64,000 nucleotides of DNA from Candidatus Omnitrophota bacterium (GCA_026387355.1 JAPLLW010000007.1:170198-234197), one strand, 5' to 3'; shown: positions 1-11,232, numbered from the stretch's first letter. The notes: generated by a model from the sequence alone, not told the origin. Made by a program: numbers and translations.

Positions 1-26
1 TACGGCGGCAATCTTAGCGTACATAT

Positions 27-1076
27 TTATTTTATCGATTCATGATCTAGAATATATTTCTTAATTGCAAAAGCTGCTGCCTTATGCCCGCATTCATCTA
101 AATGTTCTCTGCTACATCTTCCTTGCAAAGATCTAAAATTTCCACCAGATTCCTCCTTAAAAATAGGGTATAAATCCAAGCAGTAAAAATTATTATTTTT
201 TGCTTCTAACTGTACTTTTTCGTGTATTTTTATTCTTGAATAATTATTCCAGTCTTCAAATAAAGGAAATATAACTACGAGTGTTTTGAATTTGTATTTA
301 TCTGATAAACTCCTTAGTTCTTTAAACCCAACATAAGTCCTATCTCTACCTATTTTTTCTCCGAAACGCCTAATAATTTTATCCTTCAATAGTTTAAGTC
401 TATAATACACTACTCTTGTCAAAGAGCTTTTGAGATAAATATTTTTAGCATAATTCCATATCCACTTCTCATTTTTTCGAAAAGCACCGAGTTCGGCAGA
501 AGCATCAAGACTATCATTTAAACAGTATGCAATAATTACAATATCCGGTTGCATAATTAACCCTTTTTCTTTCAAAAACTCGACTTCCTGAATAGTATCA
601 TATCCACTAACGGAAAGATTAATCACTTCGACACTCTTGAAGTTACTGAAGCTAACTTGATTAAGTTCCCTTTCAAGTACTTTTGCGAATGTGTCTTCCA
701 CTCGTAGGATTTCCTTATCCGTACAAAGGCCAAAACCAATAGAATCTCCCAAAACGAGAATTCGGAAAACATCATTAGGCTTGTCAATGGAATAGAACCG
801 GTCTCTTATTCCATACTTATTGATATCGCCGCAATTGGGCTTTGGGACATATTTTAAACGGGGATTATCGCTTGATATAAAAATTCCGTACGGCTTGTTA
901 ATTTCAATACTCGTGACTTCAGGCGCTAAACGGAAGATCCTTACAAATACATCAAGCAGAACAAAAGATGCAATCAGACTAATAATTAAAATAACAATAT
1001 TTAGCCTCACATTTACTTTCTTTTTTAGATTTCCACTTACGTACGGTTTACTCATTACCAATTCCCCTATCCTCAA
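27..1076 (-). CDS. SGNH/GDSL hydrolase-family protein with N-terminal membrane anchor
   Basis: LGDSIGFG block I, N-x-S-V-S-G-Y block II, YCLND block III, C-terminal HLDECGH; N-terminal hydrophobic helix. Start may be the second Met. Confidence 0.8.
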   Translation of the reverse strand: MRIGELVMSKPYVSGNLKKKVNVRLNIVILIISLIASFVLLDVFVRIFRLAPEVTSIEINKPYGIFISSDNPRLKYVPKPNCGDINKYGIRDRFYSIDKPNDVFRILVLGDSIGFGLCTDKEILRVEDTFAKVLERELNQVSFSNFKSVEVINLSVSGYDTIQEVEFLKEKGLIMQPDIVIIAYCLNDSLDASAELGAFRKNEKWIWNYAKNIYLKSSLTRVVYYRLKLLKDKIIRRFGEKIGRDRTYVGFKELRSLSDKYKFKTLVVIFPLFEDWNNYSRIKIHEKVQLEAKNNNFYCLDLYPIFKEESGGNFRSLQGRCSREHLDECGHKAAAFAIKKYILDHESIK

Positions 1077-1153
1077 TAACCATTATTTTATTTAATTGAA
1101 CTTGATCAAATGAATATTTTTGTTAACAAATGAAACGGGCATCTGTCCAATCG

Positions 1154-2812
1154 TTATTTTACTCGGCCATCGATTGAACCTTCTACTTCAATGCCAATTA
1201 TGGGAATACTTAATTTCAAATTTGGTAATAATTTATCTGTGTATTTTGTATTGTGATAAATAACTACTTCTTTATCCAAAACATTATAGTTAGAAAATAG
1301 CGTCACATGCGCTATCTTCTTAAACTGCGGGTAATGTAGGATTTTTTGAAATCGTTGCATGGACTTAAGATCTAACCAAAAATCAGGCTGGTTTACGATA
1401 TATGAAACATTATATTTATCAACAACATCTAAAATCTTAAGTTCTGTCAGCCCATAATCTTCAATACCTAATTCTCTGTGTGCAGCATATTTAAAAAGAA
1501 TTTTTTCCAATCGCAATACCGATAGGTCCCTTCGTTCTTCATGACAACGTAGATTAAAAATAAATGATCCGCTACGAGAACCTGAAAAAAGAATTACGCT
1601 ATTCTTTGGTGCCTTAGCAGCAATAAAATCGCTGATTTGACGATATCCTTCAACAAACGGCACGCGGTCATAAAAAATTGTATAAATAAAGGCTGTTAAG
1701 GCAAACAAGGATGCCAATAAAGATGCGGCCCTTCTCGGAAGAGATATGCTGAACAACATAACAGTAATTAATGCTAAAGGAAATAAAATAAATATATCAT
1801 ACCTGGAGTCTTTTAGAGATAAAAAAGAGGAAAATACATAGCCCCAAATAAACCAAATTAACAATACTTCCAAAATAAAAATATTTGGCCATCTCTTTTT
1901 TTTAAAAATATTAATAATTAAAAATAAAGCTGTTGATAAAAACACTGGCCATCCGACTTGATGCGGAAGCAAACGCGCATAAAATAGCCAACTTTTTAAA
2001 GAGAAACGAGGCATCTGTTTTTCAAATAATATACCAATACTTTGCCCTAAATTAAAAATACCAAATTTAAACGTAACAAAAACCAGGGGTGCGATTATTA
2101 TGGTAAATAACAATATGGAAATGAAAAAATGGTAGTTTTTAAATAGGGCGAGTCTTTCTCTTCTCAATAATACCCAGAGCATTACAGGTATAATAAAAAC
2201 AATAGTTTGTTTAGTATAAAGACCCATAGTAAAAACTACCATTGATATATATATAAAACAGATTTTATTGGTTTTTAAGTAATAAAATAAAAAGTATATA
2301 CTCCAAAGTAAAAAGGCATAGACTGGAATTTCCAACATAACTTGACGGCCCCAAAATGCTACTTCATGAAAAGAAATGAACCATAAACTTACAGCAAAAG
2401 CCTGCCAAGCAGGGAGCCAAAGTCTTGCCAAAAAAAATGCAGCCCAAGCAGTTAGTAAATAAAAAATCGCAACTGTCAATAGTGCCGCAAAATTAGATAT
2501 TCCCAAAAATGTAAAAACTATTGCTTCGGTCAAAGCAAATAACGGAGGATAAAATACAATCGAAAGACATGGGTATCTAAGATAATAGTTTATCGCGTAG
2601 CCTCTAATATTACCAAAAGGAAAATCTTTAAAAAAATCTCTCCAAAAGACACCATCCATAGCATGCCGGCTCGCATCGGTCCACCAAAAACCTCCTTCCT
2701 TGGGAGCCGACTGAAAAAGAATAAGTACAGCGACAAACAAAAAGAAAAGTGGTAAAGAATTTAAAAAAATATTTTTGTTTATAAATTTTATAAAAAAATT
2801 ATCTTTTACCAT
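1154..2812 (-). CDS. GT-C fold glycosyltransferase (GT39/PMT/ArnT-like)
   Basis: Polytopic membrane protein with WWTDASRH, YPPLF and TKQ motifs and a soluble C-terminal domain. Confidence 0.75.
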   Translation of the reverse strand: MVKDNFFIKFINKNIFLNSLPLFFLFVAVLILFQSAPKEGGFWWTDASRHAMDGVFWRDFFKDFPFGNIRGYAINYYLRYPCLSIVFYPPLFALTEAIVFTFLGISNFAALLTVAIFYLLTAWAAFFLARLWLPAWQAFAVSLWFISFHEVAFWGRQVMLEIPVYAFLLWSIYFLFYYLKTNKICFIYISMVVFTMGLYTKQTIVFIIPVMLWVLLRRERLALFKNYHFFISILLFTIIIAPLVFVTFKFGIFNLGQSIGILFEKQMPRFSLKSWLFYARLLPHQVGWPVFLSTALFLIINIFKKKRWPNIFILEVLLIWFIWGYVFSSFLSLKDSRYDIFILFPLALITVMLFSISLPRRAASLLASLFALTAFIYTIFYDRVPFVEGYRQISDFIAAKAPKNSVILFSGSRSGSFIFNLRCHEERRDLSVLRLEKILFKYAAHRELGIEDYGLTELKILDVVDKYNVSYIVNQPDFWLDLKSMQRFQKILHYPQFKKIAHVTLFSNYNVLDKEVVIYHNTKYTDKLLPNLKLSIPIIGIEVEGSIDGRVK

Positions 2813-2858
2813 AAAGGATTCCCTGAAAACCAGAACCGTTTGTAATTATAAATTAATT

Positions 2859-3740
2859 TTACGCTCCAAAATAAATTACGGCAATGCAAACAAGAAACCA
2901 GATTGCCAGATTCAACTGCATCACCTTATCAGCAATCAAAATGCGTGTCGGATCGCCTTCTTTTTTAAGCTTATGAATTAGATAAAGATAACGAAAAATA
3001 CCATAATAAACAAAGGGGATACTATACATAAGATGGGAGGTTCCAAATCTCGCTATTGTTGCAGGATCTACTGTATAAAGCATATAACACACCACTATCG
3101 ATGAGGTAATTACAAAAACCATCTGGTCTATAAAATAACTATTGTACTGCATAAGTGTATGGCGATGGTAAGTTGCCTTTTTTCCCAGCATACTTAACTC
3201 CTGCCGCCTTTTGTTAAAACCTAAAAATAGTGCCAATAATACCGTCGTGAAAATGATCCAATGCGACATTTGAACATTTGCCACGATACTACCCGCTATA
3301 ATGCGTAACAAGAAAAATACGCCTATACAAAAGACGTCTATTATAACCACATCTTTTAGTAACTTTGAGTATAAAACATTGAGGGCAAGATATGTTATAA
3401 TGATCATTCCAAAATATATGTTCAGTTGAAAAGAAAATGCTATGGACATGGCTCCCAAGATGGCTGCAACTGCCCATGCCTCCCGCGTCATTAATTTCCC
3501 GGATGCAATGGGTCTAAGACGTTTTGTAGGGTGAAACTTGTCTTTTTCAATATCGATGATATCGTTTATTAGATAGACAACGCTCGACGTGATTGAAAAC
3601 AGAAAAAAAGCAATTATTGTTTTTAAATTGGTTGGGTAGACAAAAAGTTTTTTCCCAAAGATTAATGGAAGGAAAATAAAGAAGTTCTTGATCCATTGTT
3701 TTGGTCTCAATGCAAAAAATAGATATTTTATCTTCTTCAT
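2859..3740 (-). CDS. Decaprenyl-phosphate phosphoribosyltransferase (UbiA prenyltransferase family)
   Basis: LRPKQWIKN start, YLINDIIDIEKDKFHPTKRLRPIASG, KRRQEL and GDPT motifs. Confidence 0.85.
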   Translation of the reverse strand: MKKIKYLFFALRPKQWIKNFFIFLPLIFGKKLFVYPTNLKTIIAFFLFSITSSVVYLINDIIDIEKDKFHPTKRLRPIASGKLMTREAWAVAAILGAMSIAFSFQLNIYFGMIIITYLALNVLYSKLLKDVVIIDVFCIGVFFLLRIIAGSIVANVQMSHWIIFTTVLLALFLGFNKRRQELSMLGKKATYHRHTLMQYNSYFIDQMVFVITSSIVVCYMLYTVDPATIARFGTSHLMYSIPFVYYGIFRYLYLIHKLKKEGDPTRILIADKVMQLNLAIWFLVCIAVIYFGA

Positions 3741-3994
3741 TTTGGTTTAGTAATTATACCTGATTTTAGCACCTTTGTCTTTACATCATACAATAATAGT
3801 ATATCTTTCATTTTATCTGGCTGTTAATTGTAATAATTCCTCATACGACCATCCTAACGTCCGAAGGGACGCAGCTTTATTCATAACTTATAAAATTCAG
3901 GGATTGAATAATTTTTTAATCCTTTAACTTATTTACTTGACCACACGTTTGTGTATTTGTAAACTACGGTTTATCAGTTCCAATAAAATAGTCG

Positions 3995-5038
3995 CTACCC
4001 CTTGGTCTTTTTGATTACACCATGTTCTTCTAGCGCTTTTTCAAAAAGATAATTATCATGATCTTTGAATGGGCAACCGCAGAATTCAAAAGGGCATTTA
4101 ATTAACTCATTTCTGAAGCTAATCTCACCATATATATTCCCCATCGCTTCTTTTATCAAAAAACATGGTTGAATATCCCCATACAAGTCAACTACACCTA
4201 CGTTATACCCCACATTACAAAATTTTCCTTTTTGATAAAAATGCCTTATATCTGAATCTGATGTTTTGTTTAAGCCGAAAATCTCAATTTCTTTTTCAGT
4301 ATAGGCTTGAGGATACTGTTTCCCTTGATATTCTCCGCAAAAAGGTCCAAAGGTTAGCTCAATCCCTGCTTCTTTAAAAAATCTTTTGTATTTATCCACC
4401 TCTCCTAAAAGTGGTGGAAATGCTACTTCTCTAGAAAAAATATTAAACCCACATTCTTTGCATATTAGAAAATTACATATATATCTATCCATTAAATTAA
4501 GCCTTTCCAATTCCTTAATATGCGTAGAGGCATTAAAATGAACTACTCTTAACGGATCTATCTTCTCACAAAATTCCTTAATTTTATTTGAAGTTAAGTT
4601 AGTATTAAGAGCAATAAAGTGTTTTTTAGTTATTTCCTGACATGCTTCTATAAAATTTGAGATTAGAAAAGGTTCTCCTCCAGTAAATCCAATTCTGAAA
4701 ATCTTTTTTGTTTTATCAAGAGTTCTTATTAAGGATGGGATGTTTATCTCGTCTGCTGTTACCCCAAAAATTATCCGTTTAAGTTTGCGCTTAAGTATTG
4801 CGAATAACCCAAAAGTACCAGCTTCTCTAATTATTCTTAGTAATTTCTCTAAAATTGGCTTTTCTTGAATTTGAGTTTTTTGTTGATATACTTTACCGCA
4901 ACAAAAAATACAACTTAAATTACATCTCGTTGTAACATTCCAATGCAGCCAAGCATCATATTTTTGATTACCTCTATTTGTGTTATTCCAGGCCGATGCC
5001 ATATCGTAATTTGGTTTTTCATCAACCATTATCTTCAA
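3995..5038 (-). CDS. Radical SAM protein with C-terminal Cys-rich (SPASM/twitch-like) region
   Basis: CNLSCIFC (CxxxCxxC), TGGEPF, C-terminal C..GDIQPC..CPFEFCGCP. Confidence 0.8.
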   Translation of the reverse strand: MKIMVDEKPNYDMASAWNNTNRGNQKYDAWLHWNVTTRCNLSCIFCCGKVYQQKTQIQEKPILEKLLRIIREAGTFGLFAILKRKLKRIIFGVTADEINIPSLIRTLDKTKKIFRIGFTGGEPFLISNFIEACQEITKKHFIALNTNLTSNKIKEFCEKIDPLRVVHFNASTHIKELERLNLMDRYICNFLICKECGFNIFSREVAFPPLLGEVDKYKRFFKEAGIELTFGPFCGEYQGKQYPQAYTEKEIEIFGLNKTSDSDIRHFYQKGKFCNVGYNVGVVDLYGDIQPCFLIKEAMGNIYGEISFRNELIKCPFEFCGCPFKDHDNYLFEKALEEHGVIKKTKG

Positions 5039-5216
5039 CTCCCTTCGATATTTCTGTTCAAAATATTTTTTTAATATAACTACTATAAATCTTATTGACT
5101 TTCGATTTTCTCTTCACATATTTCATGCTTTTTATTTTACTGAATGTTAGTTCTTGTCATACAACTTCCTCAAAAAATGTTGAATCCGGATGTTACCTAA
5201 GATGGGCATGATTATA

Positions 5217-5870
5217 TTAATTCTCGTATATCTCATTAGCTATTCTTTCCTTAAAATTCTTCGTTAAAAACGATAGCTTATCTAAACGAGTTTCCCATTT
5301 TCCTTGGAAAGTTACAAGAAACGAAATAAAAATAAGATAGGCGTCCAACCATAAACTTTGATTCTTTATATACCAAATATCATACTTAAATTTTACTTTA
5401 CGCGGGGCATCCCTCGGAAGCAAAACTTGAGCCACTCCCGTTAAGCCTGGACTAACACTGCATCTTTCTTTAAAATCAGGGTAATCAAATACACTAACAA
5501 CCTTACTGCCGCCAACTTCTTTTTCTTCTAGGCGCAAGGCCCGAGGCCCTACAAAGCTCATCTCTCCTTTAAAAATATTTAATAATTGCGGTAGTTCATC
5601 AATCGCAGTAATTCTTATTAACCTTCCGATCCCTGTCACTCTAGGGTCATTTTCTGTCGCCTGAAAAGGGCCTGTATCGTTATCGGCATCTGGAACCATG
5701 GAACGGAATTGGTATCCTTTAAAAACCCTACCGTACTTTCCGACCCTTTCTTGACGATAAAAAACCGATTTTCTATCGTTTAAGTAAATTACTAGGCATA
5801 TAATAATCCCTAGTGGTAAACCAAAGATGATTCCTACTACCGATAAAACAAGATCTAATAGTCTCTTCAT
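5217..5870 (-). CDS. Priming polyprenyl-phosphate sugar phosphotransferase (Bac_transf family)
   Basis: KRLLD, FRSM, DELPQLLNIFKGEMSFVGPR, PGLTGVAQV. Confidence 0.9.
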   Translation of the reverse strand: MKRLLDLVLSVVGIIFGLPLGIIICLVIYLNDRKSVFYRQERVGKYGRVFKGYQFRSMVPDADNDTGPFQATENDPRVTGIGRLIRITAIDELPQLLNIFKGEMSFVGPRALRLEEKEVGGSKVVSVFDYPDFKERCSVSPGLTGVAQVLLPRDAPRKVKFKYDIWYIKNQSLWLDAYLIFISFLVTFQGKWETRLDKLSFLTKNFKERIANEIYEN

Positions 5871-6652
5871 TTTCTGTAAAAAAACTGTAGCGCCTTACTC
5901 ATATTTTTCAAAAAAACAGCCCTTAATGGATTTTTTATTCCGCTTAATTTGCATATTTTAAAATCTTCAATATTCTTTATTATTAAGTTCGCCAGGTTTT
6001 TATTACTATTACCGCCAAAACGCATTTTTACCAATACTTCCGGTATATAACAAGATTTTATCTTATGTTTATATAAAGTCCTTAAAATAAATTCGTAGTC
6101 AGCTGCAATCCTTAAATCTTCCCTGAACAAACCATATTGATCATAAACTGTTCTTTTCACGAAAAATGTGGGGTGGGGTGGCATCCATCCATCTTCAAAA
6201 GCAGACATCCGCAGCTCAGATGATTTCCAATATCTAATTATCCAATTGAGATTATGCTCGTTAACATAGACTAGGTCCCCCCAACAAGCTTCATAATTAC
6301 TTGTACCTAGCCTTTGGACGACTTTTGCAATCACATTATTCTCGGCATATACGTCATCTGCATTTAGTATTCCAATAATTTCTCCTCTACACTCAATAAT
6401 ACCTCTGTTAAAAGCACCAAAAATCCCTTTTTTTAACTCAACTACGACTTTTCTCCCCCCAGCACATCTGATTATGTCAAGCGTTCCGTCAGTTGATCCT
6501 CCATCAACTAGAATATGTTCAATATTCTTATAAGTCTGCGAGCGAATACTATCAAGCGTGTCTCTGATTGTCTCCATGTTATTAAGGGTAGGGGTTACGA
6601 TCGAGACAAGTGGCATTTCAGATTTTTCGTTCATTTTCTTACTTAATTTCAT
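5867..6652 (-). CDS. Glycosyltransferase family 2 (WfgS/WcaE-like)
   Basis: VSIVTPTLN, VDGGSTDGT, LNADD, PPHPTFF, ADYE. Confidence 0.9.
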   Translation of the reverse strand: MKLSKKMNEKSEMPLVSIVTPTLNNMETIRDTLDSIRSQTYKNIEHILVDGGSTDGTLDIIRCAGGRKVVVELKKGIFGAFNRGIIECRGEIIGILNADDVYAENNVIAKVVQRLGTSNYEACWGDLVYVNEHNLNWIIRYWKSSELRMSAFEDGWMPPHPTFFVKRTVYDQYGLFREDLRIAADYEFILRTLYKHKIKSCYIPEVLVKMRFGGNSNKNLANLIIKNIEDFKICKLSGIKNPLRAVFLKNMSKALQFFYRK

Positions 6653-7236
6653 TAATAAACTATTTCGAGTTTTATTTTGTAAACGATAGCTTTACATTAA
6701 ACATATAAACTTGGAAAATACAGAATTCTGCCTTTTATGAATAGCAGAGTCTTACTCTGGATCTTTCTAGTAATATAATCAAGCAGACCTTCTTTTTTTA
6801 TCCGTAAGATACACTCCGTCAAGAAAACTGTTTTTTATTATTATCAATGATATCCAATGCTAAATATAATAAATATTACCGAAAAATTATAATGTGCTAA
6901 ACTTTCAACAAGTTTTTTAAAAGCTGACTTCGTGAAATCTTTTCGATAAAAATACGATTTTACTAGACGACTTTCGGTTTATGTAACATTTTACTGTAAA
7001 ATACAGATCGAATCGTACAACGCATATATATTATGGCTCACGTTCTTTTGAAATCTTACCAATAAAATTCACGGATAAATACTATAAACTAATATCTGTT
7101 GAAAGAACCCTTTTTGTGAAAATACCTTTCTTATGTGCTACCTAAATTTATTATAACCGATGCTAGCTGTCATTTACCAAATAAAGAAGCAAATGCATTC
7201 AAGAATGGTTGTTCAATAGCTCTTCTCATATATAAA

Positions 7237-8481
7237 TCATGGTAATGAATGCCTGATTGCATTTTCTTTACTAATATTAGAGGATATTATTTTAGCCTCT
7301 ATGCTCTTTGCTATATCCCTCCACGTATAATACTTCTCAACTAAAGACCTAGCCCTCTGCCCCATAGTCTTAGCCTTTTCAGGCTCAGCTAATAACGACA
7401 TAACTCTATCCGCAAAATAACCCGGATCATTAGCAATGTAAAGATGATCATCAGCAACCACATTAAGCCCCTCTACTCCAATATCAGTACTTACAATAGG
7501 TAACGCCATAGCCATAGCTTCTAAAGTTTTCAATTTTGTCCCTGCTCCAGATCGTAACGGTATAACAAAAATATCCGCCTGGGAATAGAATATCCTCAAA
7601 TCACTCGGATTTGAGAATATTCTTATGCGATCGCTTGCCTTTCTACAAATTAAACGAGTAGGATTACTTCCAGCAACCAAAAACTGTGTGTTACTAAACT
7701 CTTTTAATATTCTGGGAAAAATATCTTTTAAAAACCAAAGTATACCGTCTTCATTCGGTAACGCATCTAATCTCCCGGCAAAAACTAGTTTGGGAGATGT
7801 GTTTAAAGTTATTTTTGGTGCAGGTCTAAAGTAATCAACATCAACTCCATTAGGAACTACGATGACTCTTTCAGGAGCAGAGACATAATTCTCAGTGATT
7901 CTCTTTTCTTCATCAGAAACAGACATGATAGTATCAAAATACCTAAGGTACCTTTTCTCTAATTCAATATTTTTTCTTAACTCCCTGCTGAAATAAAATT
8001 TCTGGACAAGAGATTTACTATTAGTCAAAAAACTTTCCCACATAGATTTATTCAGACTATGTTGATCCAATAATAGCAACGGTCTACGTTTGTTAGGATA
8101 ACTATTAATAATTTTAATTTCATCAAATATACTAGCAAATAGATTGAGAAAATTAATCCAAATAATATCGAAATCATTTGTTCGCAAAAGATTGTTTATG
8201 GTTTTCCTAAATAATTCGTCTGTTACTTTTACCTCTAAATACGTTTTTGATGTACAAAATGCCTTTACTGCAGGTGTAAATTTTTTGAATTTATGTGGTA
8301 TGATTTCCTTGATCCACAGATCATCATGATTAGAATAAAATTCTGAGAATTTGGGATCCCCTAATGCAACAACCGTAATTTGATGATTTCTTGATAGTTC
8401 ATGAAGAAAAGCTGCGATACGACGCTTTTCGCCACTTAAAACGGGAAAGGGATATTCCGGCATTATCATTAAGATTTTCAT
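7237..8481 (-). CDS. Glycosyltransferase family 4
   Basis: VVPNGVDVDYF, GAGTKLKTLEAMAMALPIVST. Confidence 0.9.
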   Translation of the reverse strand: MKILMIMPEYPFPVLSGEKRRIAAFLHELSRNHQITVVALGDPKFSEFYSNHDDLWIKEIIPHKFKKFTPAVKAFCTSKTYLEVKVTDELFRKTINNLLRTNDFDIIWINFLNLFASIFDEIKIINSYPNKRRPLLLLDQHSLNKSMWESFLTNSKSLVQKFYFSRELRKNIELEKRYLRYFDTIMSVSDEEKRITENYVSAPERVIVVPNGVDVDYFRPAPKITLNTSPKLVFAGRLDALPNEDGILWFLKDIFPRILKEFSNTQFLVAGSNPTRLICRKASDRIRIFSNPSDLRIFYSQADIFVIPLRSGAGTKLKTLEAMAMALPIVSTDIGVEGLNVVADDHLYIANDPGYFADRVMSLLAEPEKAKTMGQRARSLVEKYYTWRDIAKSIEAKIISSNISKENAIRHSLP

Positions 8482-8559
8482 ATTAAAGAAAAAATTTGAA
8501 TAAACAATTCAACTCTATTTAACCATAAGAAGGTTATTAATAGTGAGAAATTTATCTAT

Positions 8560-9291
8560 CTACGAAGTATAATTTTTTACCCAAATCGCGTTACTTCCTA
8601 TCACTTCTTTTAGAATATAGCCATTATCTTTTAAGAGCCGATATTTATCATCATGCTTCTGCTTATTCCAAAGATACTCCTCAGTTAGAATAATTTTTGG
8701 TTGAAATAAAGTAAAATTCAAGCTAAGCAAAACTTCATAGTCCATTCCCTCCGCATCTATAAGCAAAATAGAAAAATCTTTCATGTATTTATTGTCTACA
8801 AGAATATTTGTTAAAGTATCTAATTGAACAACGATTGATTTATCCATCCTGTTTTCCTTAAACCAATCATTTTCATCTCGGCATAATGTACCAGTAGAAA
8901 TTGTCTTGCCCAAAAATAACTCCATACAGCCGGTTTTATTTGAACAGGCCTTATTTACGCAAATAACCCTTTTATTATGTTTATACCTTTGTAATAATAA
9001 CCTAAACAGATAGGGATTAGGTTCTATTACAATTGCGTTCCATCCAGATTTTATAAAATTATATGAGTTCGAGCCAACTATCCCATCACCAGCACCAACA
9101 TCAACAATAAATTTAGGAAATTCAGCGCTTACTAATTTATTTAAAAATGTAAATTCTCCCTTCTCAGATACATCAGACTTATTTGATAATAATCCCATCC
9201 TCAATTGATGAAAGATTGTGCGGGCAGTAGCATAAAAAGGGGCGCCCCTAATCATATCTTTAATTTTCTTAGGCTTTTTACTCTCTCCCAT
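8560..9291 (-). CDS. FkbM family methyltransferase
   Basis: VDVGAGDG..SNS, IEPNP, LIDAEGMDYEVL. Confidence 0.85.
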   Translation of the reverse strand: MGESKKPKKIKDMIRGAPFYATARTIFHQLRMGLLSNKSDVSEKGEFTFLNKLVSAEFPKFIVDVGAGDGIVGSNSYNFIKSGWNAIVIEPNPYLFRLLLQRYKHNKRVICVNKACSNKTGCMELFLGKTISTGTLCRDENDWFKENRMDKSIVVQLDTLTNILVDNKYMKDFSILLIDAEGMDYEVLLSLNFTLFQPKIILTEEYLWNKQKHDDKYRLLKDNGYILKEVIGSNAIWVKNYTS

Positions 9292-9350
9292 TTAAATATC
9301 CCCCTAACCTTTAAAAAATTAGAATCAATATTACTTAGTATTTCGTCTCA

Positions 9351-10238
9351 CTAAAAACTGAGAAATATTTTACGATACGGCAGTAGCCAAAAAATAAACC
9401 AAAACGGCCCACCATATCTTTTAGCAAAAATCTTAAACCCTTCTATCGGCTTACCTCTCGTTAAACTTGGAACTAAGCTAACTCGCTCACGCAATGATAT
9501 CCTCTTATCTGCCCATGATTCAGTTGCGGGATTGGCAGAACACTTTCCCGCATACCATGGGGAAAGCCATGTAATATAACCTTTCTTTCTTGCGCGCAAG
9601 CCATAGTCCATATCGCCAAGCTTTTGAGGAAAAGCCTTATCAATATTCCCTACCTCCTTTGCAATGATATCAGGGATTAACACACAATTACCACTAATAG
9701 TATTGCAAATAACCGGTTCTTTCCTTGGCTCAATATTCTTAAAACTCAAAGGCAAAAATACCGATTTATTTTTCTTTCCGCTATAAGATAACTTACCTGA
9801 AAAGGGATCTTTACAAGCACCTACAATTAAACTATCTTTGTTTGTTTTATTTTTTACTAAAAAATACGTTTTTATTAAATTCGTCACAGCGTCTTGGTAA
9901 AGGATGACATCATCGTTTAGCCAGAGGTAAAAATCATAACCCTTTTCCATTGCCTTAGCAAAAACAAGCCGCATACCTCCACCCCAAAATAAATTTCCGG
10001 AACCAAATAGAATTATTACTTCAGGGTACTTTTCCTTAATAACATCTGAGGTTCCATCTGTGCTTCCATCATCGACAAGGTAAATTTGCAAATTAATATT
10101 TTGATCTCGTTTCTGATTATATAGACTCTCCAAACAAACAAGAGTCTTCTCTTTACGATTATGACAAGTAATCAAAACTGCAATTTTATAATATTCCATA
10201 GCACCAATCAATATATTAACACTATGATCTTTATTCAT
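9351..10238 (-). CDS. Glycosyltransferase family 2
   Basis: LITCHNRK, VDDGSTDGT, GNLFWGGGM, LWLNDD, GDMDYGLR. Confidence 0.9.
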   Translation of the reverse strand: MNKDHSVNILIGAMEYYKIAVLITCHNRKEKTLVCLESLYNQKRDQNINLQIYLVDDGSTDGTSDVIKEKYPEVIILFGSGNLFWGGGMRLVFAKAMEKGYDFYLWLNDDVILYQDAVTNLIKTYFLVKNKTNKDSLIVGACKDPFSGKLSYSGKKNKSVFLPLSFKNIEPRKEPVICNTISGNCVLIPDIIAKEVGNIDKAFPQKLGDMDYGLRARKKGYITWLSPWYAGKCSANPATESWADKRISLRERVSLVPSLTRGKPIEGFKIFAKRYGGPFWFIFWLLPYRKIFLSF

Positions 10239-10365
10239 AAGTAGGATTTACTAACATAATTTTATACGAACAGTTCATCCCTGCTTACCGATAGTCAAAT
10301 TGACCATTTCTCTTTTTATTGGTCAGATCTTGATTATATGCCGTTACTTATTTAGTGCTCCACTA

Positions 10366-11232
10366 TTATCGATTCCAATAGCTTCCGAATTCTTTATCCC
10401 AAAAAGAAGGGTCAAACTTTCCTAAACCAGCTTCTGGATAATTAGTCAATTCCCCAAAAATAATCCGACCATTGATATTATATAAATCGACTCTTATAAA
10501 ATCTGTACCTTTTGATAATCTTTTAGCTATCTCTATCATTTTGTCAAAATTCTTAGGAACACTAACTTTGTCTTGGAAGTTCTCGTAACAAAACCTTACA
10601 GGAAGTAAAGACAAACTTAAATCATAGATATTACGTTGATGTTTAATAAATCTACCTCTGTCAATCTGAATAAATTGTGGGTTACCGTTAAAACAAAAGA
10701 ATTTATAATCATCGGGAAGATTGCCTTCAAAATCAAGCAATTCTTCGAAAATAATGCATGGTTTTATATTTTTGTAACACCATTCCTGATGAGAGCGGTG
10801 CCAATTTTCATTTAGATGGACTTCTGCAAATCTCTCTAATTCACCGCATTCGAGACCTTTAAAATCACGTACTATTTTCACGCCACCGGATAAATGGTTA
10901 ACTTTCATTACAAATTGATTAGGTAAATTAAGACTGTGTATTTTATCTAGAGTATCAACAACCGCATATAATTTTGTCAGGTGCTGTTCCGTATCCTCTA
11001 GTCTTGATTTAACAAAATCCCTGACGAGGAATTTATCTGCAAATAATGTAAGCTTAGGATTTCTATCAAAAAGCATTTTGAGTAATATTTTTTCATTAAG
11101 AGTTTGTGGGTTTATTAGATTTGGCATTCGTCCAAATATGCGTCTATATTTAATTATACACTTTAATTCTGGAAAGACCTTATAAGAAACCGATAGGAAT
11201 GGTTTTCCAATAAACTTTAGTATTTTATTCAA
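10366..11232 (-). CDS. TupA-like ATP-grasp protein (polysaccharide modification)
   Basis: PQTLNEKI, ADKFLVRDFV, DYKFFCFNG, RVDLY..GELTNYP; TTG start. Confidence 0.85.
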   Translation of the reverse strand: MNKILKFIGKPFLSVSYKVFPELKCIIKYRRIFGRMPNLINPQTLNEKILLKMLFDRNPKLTLFADKFLVRDFVKSRLEDTEQHLTKLYAVVDTLDKIHSLNLPNQFVMKVNHLSGGVKIVRDFKGLECGELERFAEVHLNENWHRSHQEWCYKNIKPCIIFEELLDFEGNLPDDYKFFCFNGNPQFIQIDRGRFIKHQRNIYDLSLSLLPVRFCYENFQDKVSVPKNFDKMIEIAKRLSKGTDFIRVDLYNINGRIIFGELTNYPEAGLGKFDPSFWDKEFGSYWNR

